A stretch of 32,000 bases of DNA from Nitrospinaceae bacterium (GTDB lineage Bacteria > Nitrospinota_A > UBA7883 > JAJDBK01): the NCBI GenBank assembly GCA_029261405.1, contig JAJDBK010000005.1:1-32000 (forward strand), in the 5' to 3' direction. This document shows positions 26,071-32,000 of this stretch, piece after piece. Below the pieces are notes generated by a model. The model was not told the origin of the DNA, made no database searches, and saw only the letters and a program-made list of their open reading frames with translations. Each line of letters begins with the position of its first letter. Positions within the stretch are counted from its first letter, which is position 1. The position numbers and the translations under genes were made by a program.

Positions 26071-27339
26071 TTATTCGCTTGCGCTTAAAACTCCTCCGCA
26101 CGAACGGAAAAGCTCTGCGAAATTCGGAAATGTTACGTCTACTGACTCTGCGGTTTCAATGATAGTTCTTCCATCGGCTTTCGAGGCGAGGACCGAAAGC
26201 GCCATTACCACCCGATGATCACCATGACCATCCACCCTGGCGCCGGTAATCCGGGCGCCACCATGAATAACAAGACCGTCCGTCCTCTCTTCGCAAAGAG
26301 CGCCCATAGCGCCAAGCTCTTTGGCCATCACAGCTATCCGGTCGGTCTCTTTGATCCGCGCCTGCGGAACGTTGGTGAGGTGAGTCGTTCCATCAGCAAG
26401 ACACGCAAGCGCCGCCATGGCGGGAAGCGCGTCAGGCGTTGCGTTAAGGTCGAGGGTCACACCAGCAAGCGAATCGCCCTTGACGGTTATTCCGTCATCA
26501 CCGATATTAACCGACGCGCCCATCTTTTCGAGGTAGCCGAGAATCGCTTTATCCCCCTGCGGATCGTTCATGTCAAGACCCCGAAGGAAAACCTCGTTGC
26601 CCGGTATGGCGCCGAGACACGCAAAGAAGGTGGCTGAGGAGAAGTCGCCAGGTATCATGCGCTCGAATGAACGGTACTTCTGGCCTCCCCTTATGGTGAA
26701 TCGACTATAACCCTCCCTCCCGTAATCGACACCAAGAAAATCGAGCCATGAGAGGGTCATATCGACATACGGTTTTTCGTTGAGGTTTTCAACTATCAGG
26801 ACAGAATCGGATTGCGCCAGCGGAAGACTCACAAGCAGACTCGAAAGATATTGCGAGGTCTTGCCGTCCACTTCCGTCTCACCGCCGAGGATCGGGCCAC
26901 TCACCGTCGCAGGCAATTTTCCCTTCCGGCTTTTTGTCTTTGCCCCCAGATTTTCAAGGGCTGTCAGAAGCGGACCCATCGGCCTTGAACTTGTCGATTC
27001 GTCACCCGTTATCGTGACCTCTCTCGCCCCCAACGCCACAGATCCCAGTACAAATCGGGTGGAGGTGCCTGAATTGCCCATATAGATTGTCGGTTCCGGG
27101 TTCGATATAAAACCGTCAAGCCCGTCGATAATCCATCTGTCCGGTTCAACCTCAACCCCGGCGCCGAGCGCCTTGACCGCCGCCAAAGCCGATCTGCCAT
27201 CAGCTGAGTCGAGAGGGTTGAAGATAGTAGACCTCCCTTTCGCCATGGCGGCCAGAAACAGCGCTCGTATGGTATGAGACTTGGATGAAGGGATAAGCGC
27301 GTCACCCGACATTCGGGAAGGTTCGATCAAAAACTCCAT
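26071..27339 (-). CDS. aroA: 3-phosphoshikimate 1-carboxyvinyltransferase
   Basis: 422 aa. PSSKSHTIRALFLAAMAKG; YMGNSGTSTRFV; STSRPMGPLLTAL; DGHGDHRVVMALSVLA. Confidence 0.95.
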   Translation of the reverse strand: MEFLIEPSRMSGDALIPSSKSHTIRALFLAAMAKGRSTIFNPLDSADGRSALAAVKALGAGVEVEPDRWIIDGLDGFISNPEPTIYMGNSGTSTRFVLGSVALGAREVTITGDESTSSRPMGPLLTALENLGAKTKSRKGKLPATVSGPILGGETEVDGKTSQYLSSLLVSLPLAQSDSVLIVENLNEKPYVDMTLSWLDFLGVDYGREGYSRFTIRGGQKYRSFERMIPGDFSSATFFACLGAIPGNEVFLRGLDMNDPQGDKAILGYLEKMGASVNIGDDGITVKGDSLAGVTLDLNATPDALPAMAALACLADGTTHLTNVPQARIKETDRIAVMAKELGAMGALCEERTDGLVIHGGARITGARVDGHGDHRVVMALSVLASKADGRTIIETAESVDVTFPNFAELFRSCGGVLSASE

Positions 27340-27355
27340 TTCTCAGCTTCCTCGT

Positions 27356-28108
27356 CTACTTTATCGCAGTCTCAAGTTGTGTCATGAACTCGTAGTTTGT
27401 AAGATCGAAATGGATCGGCGTTACGGTAATATAACCTTTATCAAGCCATGCGATGTCGCTCTTTTCATCCCTTTTATCCACCTCCATAGCGCCCCCCTGC
27501 CAATAATAATCGACACCGCGAGGATCAACCCGTTTCTCGAAAACCTCCTTGAACCGGCTACATCCCATGGGGCAGATTTTTATCCCTTTCAACTCCTCTT
27601 CCGGCAGAGCGGGAATATTCACGTTGACCAGGCTCCCCTCTGGTAGTCTGATATTGGCGATTTTCCCGATTATCTCTATCGCCTTTTTCGCCGCTACGGA
27701 AAAATCGACCTCGGCGAAGGTTCCCAAAGAGACCGCCACGGAGGGAATACCAAGGATCATGCCTTCGGTAGCGGCTGAAACTGTGCCGGAGTAGATAATA
27801 TTGGTCGCCACGTTCTGGCCATGGTTTATGCCGGAAACAACCATATCGGGTGGATCGGGGAGAATCGCCCTGATGGCGATCTTTACACAATCAGCAGGGG
27901 TGCCGTTGACCGCGTAACCGAAAAGGGCGCCATCTGACATGATTTTCCTAACCCGCAGGGGATCGGTCAACGTTATGGCGTGACCCACCGCTGACATCTC
28001 CGTTTCCGGCGCCACTACTGTCACATCCGCTATTTCAAACAGCGCCTTTCGCAACGCAAAGATGCCGGGAGCGTTTATGCCGTCGTCGTTCGTTAGAAGG
28101 ATTTTCAT
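27356..28108 (-). CDS. surE: 5'-nucleotidase SurE
   Basis: Track ORF starts at 28135, but the natural start is MKILLTNDDGINAPG at 28108, giving a TAATG overlap with the upstream gene. SAVGHAITL; GTPADCVKIAI; VSGINHGQNVATNIIYSGTVSAATEG. Confidence 0.95.
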   Translation of the reverse strand: MKILLTNDDGINAPGIFALRKALFEIADVTVVAPETEMSAVGHAITLTDPLRVRKIMSDGALFGYAVNGTPADCVKIAIRAILPDPPDMVVSGINHGQNVATNIIYSGTVSAATEGMILGIPSVAVSLGTFAEVDFSVAAKKAIEIIGKIANIRLPEGSLVNVNIPALPEEELKGIKICPMGCSRFKEVFEKRVDPRGVDYYWQGGAMEVDKRDEKSDIAWLDKGYITVTPIHFDLTNYEFMTQLETAIK

Positions 28109-28893
28109 TATTTTACCGCGATAGAGCCTACCCACAATTTTGGAGCGTCACTTATAACCATCCCGGGTTTCAGGTAGAACCTGATCTGATCCACGACCTC
28201 AGGCGCCCTAAACTGTGGCGCCTTTCTGTATTTTCTGGTTGCTGAATTGTACTCCCAAAGATTAAAAGCGGAAAACGGAATATCGATGGAATGCCATTTC
28301 CCTGCGGTAATGACGTAATTTCCTATGTTCCAATGCAGAAAGTCGCTCCCTTCCTTTCTTACAAGCCCGATTCCGATCCTTGTTACGCCTTCACCACGGA
28401 TTGTCACTCGCAATACCGTTTTCCCATTTAAAAGGGCCGGGTCGGGCAGAGTGATGACCATGGAAGCGTATTTGTCGGCAACGGTATCTGGACCAAAATC
28501 TGTTACGGCAAGAAGGCCGCTCATGCCTGAGTCTGGCCCTGAGGTTTTATCGTCAAGGCTAAAAGAAGAGTCACCGCCACGGGTCCCTTTTAACTCAACG
28601 TTCGCCGCCTGCTCCATCGAATAGAAGGAGAAGATCGTGTCAAAATCTTTCTTCGTCGAAAGGGGAGACTGATCGAGTCTCTGTCCCTTTTTCAGTTTGA
28701 CAGGTCTGGCGTTTAGCTCTTCGAAGAAACGTTTAACCTTGTCGATCTTCTCTACAGCCTCTGTAATCGATTTTACAGGAGCGGTCGATCCAAAATCGAA
28801 GGATACGACTTCGCTTACCACATACCCGAACAAACCGGCCAAGCCCAGCAGGAATCCGGGGGCAAGCTTCACATAAAGAGGTGAGTCAGCCAT
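28108..28893 (-). CDS. Uncharacterised membrane-anchored protein with a predicted jelly-roll (CIA30/carbohydrate-binding-like) domain
   Basis: 261 aa. N-terminal TM (YVKLAPGFLLGLAGLFGYVV), then a beta-rich region with WHSIDIPFSAFN...VDQIRFYLKPG...APKLWVGSIAV. Domain call is weak. Confidence 0.5.
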   Translation of the reverse strand: MADSPLYVKLAPGFLLGLAGLFGYVVSEVVSFDFGSTAPVKSITEAVEKIDKVKRFFEELNARPVKLKKGQRLDQSPLSTKKDFDTIFSFYSMEQAANVELKGTRGGDSSFSLDDKTSGPDSGMSGLLAVTDFGPDTVADKYASMVITLPDPALLNGKTVLRVTIRGEGVTRIGIGLVRKEGSDFLHWNIGNYVITAGKWHSIDIPFSAFNLWEYNSATRKYRKAPQFRAPEVVDQIRFYLKPGMVISDAPKLWVGSIAVK

Positions 28894-28906
28894 ATCAGCG
28901 TGCCTT

Positions 28907-30862
28907 TTAGGGAGTCAGGGGAGCTTCATCTTTCCCGGTTTCGGGGCCACCATCATCTTTAATCTCCTCATCAGCGTCGGCGGACTCCTCTTCTGTGGAG
29001 TCGCTCTTTTCCCTCCGTTTCACCTTCTCAGCCCCCTCAGGGAGTGTAAAATGCACATCAATCCCCTTCGTTTCGAGACTGTTTTTGACCATCAACATTA
29101 TCTCGGCCCCTTCGACAACCTCCACGTCGAGCAGATTCTCCGTTATGGCGTCGAGAATATCCACATGTTCTGTGAGCAACCTCTTGGCGGTAGCGTACGC
29201 TTCGGAGATCATCGCATGCACCTCCTTGTCGATTACCCTGGCGGTATCCTCCGAAAAATCACGATGCTGGCTTATCTCCCTGCCCAGAAATATCTGTTCA
29301 TCCTTCTGGCCGAAAGCGGCGGGTCCAATCGTTTCGCTCATTCCCCACTCACAGACCATCTTTCTGCTAAGGTTGGTGGCCTGTTCAATATCGTTACTCG
29401 CGCCGGTAGTGAACTGTTTTAATACAAGATCCTCCGCCGCCCTGCCGCCCATAAGGATGGCAAGACGGGTGATTAGATACTGCTTGGCGTGGGTGTGCCG
29501 CTCATCGACAGGAAGCTGTTGGGTGACACCGAGGGCTCGTCCTCGCGGGATTATGCTAACCTTGTGGATAGGGTCAGCGCCGGGAAGTAGAAGCGCCACA
29601 AGAGCGTGCCCCGCCTCATGAATGGCGGTACTTCTCTTCTCTTCGTCCGATATTATCATGGAGCGGCGTTCCGCGCCCATCATAACCTTGTCCTTCGCCA
29701 CCTCGAAATGACGCATACTCACCCGCTCCGCGTCCTCCCTGGCCGCCAACAGCGCCGCTTCGTTGCAAAGGTTGGCCAGGTCAGCGCCTGTAAATCCGGG
29801 TGTTCCACGGGCCAGAACCTTCAGGATGACATCATCCTCCATAGGGATATTGCCCGCATGTACAGCCAGAATCGCCTCCCGGCCTACGATATCGGGTTTC
29901 GGCACAACGATCTGGCGATCGAACCTGCCGGGACGTAGCAGAGCCGGGTCGAGAACATCGGGCCGGTTTGTGGCCGCTATGACGATGGCAGCCATGTTCG
30001 CCTCGAAACCGTCCATCTCCACGAGAAGCTGGTTGAGTGTCTGCTCTCGCTCGTCGTGTCCACCCCCGACACCCGCTCCCCGGTGACGACCTACGGCGTC
30101 GATCTCGTCCACAAAAATAATGCACGGAGCGTGTTTTTTAGCCTGTTCAAAAAGGTCGCGGACCCGGCTGGCGCCCACACCCACAAACATCTCAACGAAG
30201 TCGGAACCGGAAATCGAAAAGAAGGGGACTCCCGCCTCTCCGGCTATAGCCTTTGCCAACAAGGTCTTGCCTGTTCCCGGTGAACCCATCAGCAATACAC
30301 CTTTCGGTATCTTGCCACCAAGCTTCTGGAATTTGGCGGGTTCTTTTAAAAACTCGATAATCTCCTGAAGGTCCTCTTTCGCCTCCTCGACACCGGCCAC
30401 ATCCTTGAATGTAGCTTTTGTCTCCCCCTCGGCGTCAAGTTTCGCTTTGCTCTTGCCAAAAGACATGGCGCGCGATCCACCGTTTTGCATCTGCCGCATG
30501 AAAAATATCCATATGGCGATAAGAAGGATCATCGGAAACCAGGAGATCAGAATCGACATGTACCAAGGCGTTTGATCCGACGCGCGTACCGAAACACCGA
30601 CACCCGCCTTTTTCAGATCCTTGTACAGGTCGGGATAATCCATTATATAAACCTGAAACGGTTTGCCATCAGCAAATTTGCCCCTGGCAAGGCTCCCCTG
30701 CAGGATAACATCGGAAACTTCCCCTTTTTCAACACCATCCATGAATTCGGAGAAGGATATCTCAATACTGGTTACACGGGGCTGGTCGAACATATTAAAA
30801 AGGGCGATCATAACAAGCCCCACAACCATCCACAGCGCCAGATTCTTATAAAACTGATTCAA
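28907..30862 (-). CDS. ftsH: ATP-dependent zinc metalloprotease FtsH
   Basis: 651 aa. Two N-terminal TMs; [49 protein letters not shown] motif; HEAGHALV metalloprotease motif. TTG start preceded by GGAGGTGATAG. Confidence 0.97.
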   Translation of the reverse strand: MNQFYKNLALWMVVGLVMIALFNMFDQPRVTSIEISFSEFMDGVEKGEVSDVILQGSLARGKFADGKPFQVYIMDYPDLYKDLKKAGVGVSVRASDQTPWYMSILISWFPMILLIAIWIFFMRQMQNGGSRAMSFGKSKAKLDAEGETKATFKDVAGVEEAKEDLQEIIEFLKEPAKFQKLGGKIPKGVLLMGSPGTGKTLLAKAIAGEAGVPFFSISGSDFVEMFVGVGASRVRDLFEQAKKHAPCIIFVDEIDAVGRHRGAGVGGGHDEREQTLNQLLVEMDGFEANMAAIVIAATNRPDVLDPALLRPGRFDRQIVVPKPDIVGREAILAVHAGNIPMEDDVILKVLARGTPGFTGADLANLCNEAALLAAREDAERVSMRHFEVAKDKVMMGAERRSMIISDEEKRSTAIHEAGHALVALLLPGADPIHKVSIIPRGRALGVTQQLPVDERHTHAKQYLITRLAILMGGRAAEDLVLKQFTTGASNDIEQATNLSRKMVCEWGMSETIGPAAFGQKDEQIFLGREISQHRDFSEDTARVIDKEVHAMISEAYATAKRLLTEHVDILDAITENLLDVEVVEGAEIMLMVKNSLETKGIDVHFTLPEGAEKVKRREKSDSTEEESADADEEIKDDGGPETGKDEAPLTP

Positions 30863-31037
30863 CTATCACCTCCACGGGCAAAGCCCGAACGTTTACTTAC
30901 CTCACCATCATAGAATCAGAATCTCTACAAAACAAGTCGCACAACTTTTCTATGCGATTTTGCGCATTTTTATTCATACGGTAGAATAAGGCTGTTCGCG
31001 AAATTTCAGTTTTTTATTCTGATAGATAAGGGGAAAG

Positions 31038-32000
31038 ATGTATTCAACGATAAAAACCTTCGATAACCTTCCTGAAGCTATAAAGAAGTATTATGGCAAA
31101 GTACTGCAATCCAACAAGGATTTGCAAACCGGCGCCTGTTGCGATTCAAACGGGATATCGTCCCGCCATAAGGTGATACTTAAACTCATTCACCCGGAAG
31201 TTGTTAAAAAGTTCTACGGGTGCGGGTCGCCTATTCCGTATGAACTGAAGGGTTTGACCGTTCTTGATCTCGGTTGTGGTTCCGGACGTGACTGTTACCT
31301 CCTTTCAAAACTTGTCGGCCCTGATGGCAACGTGATCGGTGTCGATATGACAGACGAACAGCTTGAAGTGGCAAGGAAATATCTCGATCACCACACCGGC
31401 GGGTTCGGCTACAACAGACCTAACGTAAGGTTTTTGAACGGGTATATCGAAGATCTTGGCTCGATTGGAATCGAGGATAATTCTGTTGACCTTGTGGTTT
31501 CAAACTGCGTGATAAACCTCTCGCCAGACAAGGAGAGGGTTTTTACAGAAATACTGAGAGTTTTGAAACCTGGCGGAGAGCTCTATTTTTCTGATGTTTT
31601 TGCTGATCGCCGTATTCCCGCTGAACTGGCGAACAACCCGCTCCTTGTGGCTGAATGCCTCGGTGGCGCTCTTTATAGCGAAGATTTCAGGAGGCTTTTG
31701 GCGAAAATCGGTTGCGCTGATTTCAGATTGACATCGAGTCGCAGAATTTCGCTTGATAACCCTGAAATAGAAGCAAAAGCCGGGATGACAGGTTTTTATT
31801 CCAACACCGTGCGGCTCTTTAAACTTCCGGGACTTGAAGACAGATGCGAAGATTTCGGGCAGGTCGCCTTTTATAAAGGAACGGTTCCAGAGGCTCCCCA
31901 CGCTTTCCACCTCGACGACCACCATACGTTTCGTACCGGAATGCCTGTGCCGATTTGCAGTAACACCGCGTCGATGATTACCGATACGAGGTACGCCCGA
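31038..32000 (+). CDS. arsM: Arsenite S-adenosylmethyltransferase ArsM-like (3' truncated by window end)
   Basis: Own translation, not in the supplied track. Starts MYSTIKTFDNLPEAIKKYYGKVLQSNKDLQTGACCDS; SAM motif VLDLGCGSGRDCYLLSKLVG; VVSNCVINLSPDKERVFTEILRVLKPGGELYFSDVFADRR; LVAECLGGALYSEDF; LEDRCEDFGQVAFYKGT. 321 codons with no stop before 32000. Confidence 0.85.
   Translation, partial: MYSTIKTFDNLPEAIKKYYGKVLQSNKDLQTGACCDSNGISSRHKVILKLIHPEVVKKFYGCGSPIPYELKGLTVLDLGCGSGRDCYLLSKLVGPDGNVIGVDMTDEQLEVARKYLDHHTGGFGYNRPNVRFLNGYIEDLGSIGIEDNSVDLVVSNCVINLSPDKERVFTEILRVLKPGGELYFSDVFADRRIPAELANNPLLVAECLGGALYSEDFRRLLAKIGCADFRLTSSRRISLDNPEIEAKAGMTGFYSNTVRLFKLPGLEDRCEDFGQVAFYKGTVPEAPHAFHLDDHHTFRTGMPVPICSNTASMITDTRYAR

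Noticed and set aside
1-32000. CRISPR arrays, tRNA/rRNA genes, insertion sequences, phage genes, toxin-antitoxin or anti-phage defence modules
   Set aside because: No direct repeat arrays, transposase or integrase motifs, or recognisable RNA genes were seen by eye. The window is dense with chromosomal genes.

Overview
Gram-negative chromosomal window. The gene order resembles Desulfobacterota/Nitrospinota-type genomes, but this lineage guess is inference. Almost all genes are on the minus strand. The standout locus is a compact minus-strand array at 4441-371: CDF metal transporter -> HgcA (corrinoid protein with the cap-helix motif NVWCAAGK) -> HgcB (2x[4Fe-4S] ferredoxin with the extra conserved Cys) -> 6-TM voltage-gated K+ channel with a CPHC tail -> class III nucleotide cyclase-like protein. 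This is the mercury-methylation gene pair in what looks like an unusual transporter/channel/second-messenger operon. A divergent Fis-like regulator lies next to it, followed by a CHASE8 hybrid histidine kinase paired with a YfiR/DUF4154 protein. At the other end of the window, at about 31.0 kb, is a partial arsenite methyltransferase (ArsM), so the window holds both mercury- and arsenic-methylation genes. Between them are two blocks. One is an outer-membrane biogenesis block: lolC/E, a polyprenol/diacylglycerol kinase-like gene, lolD, clpC, bamA, skp, lpxD, fabZ, lpxA, a Gfo/Idh/MocA gene, lpxI, and a GT39-like glycosyltransferase. The other is a housekeeping block: ftsH, an unknown gene, surE, aroA, a PilZ-like gene, a GlcD-like gene, purE and a DHH phosphoesterase. 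I saw no CRISPR array, tRNA/rRNA gene or transposon. All identities come from reading motifs by eye; no database search was run.
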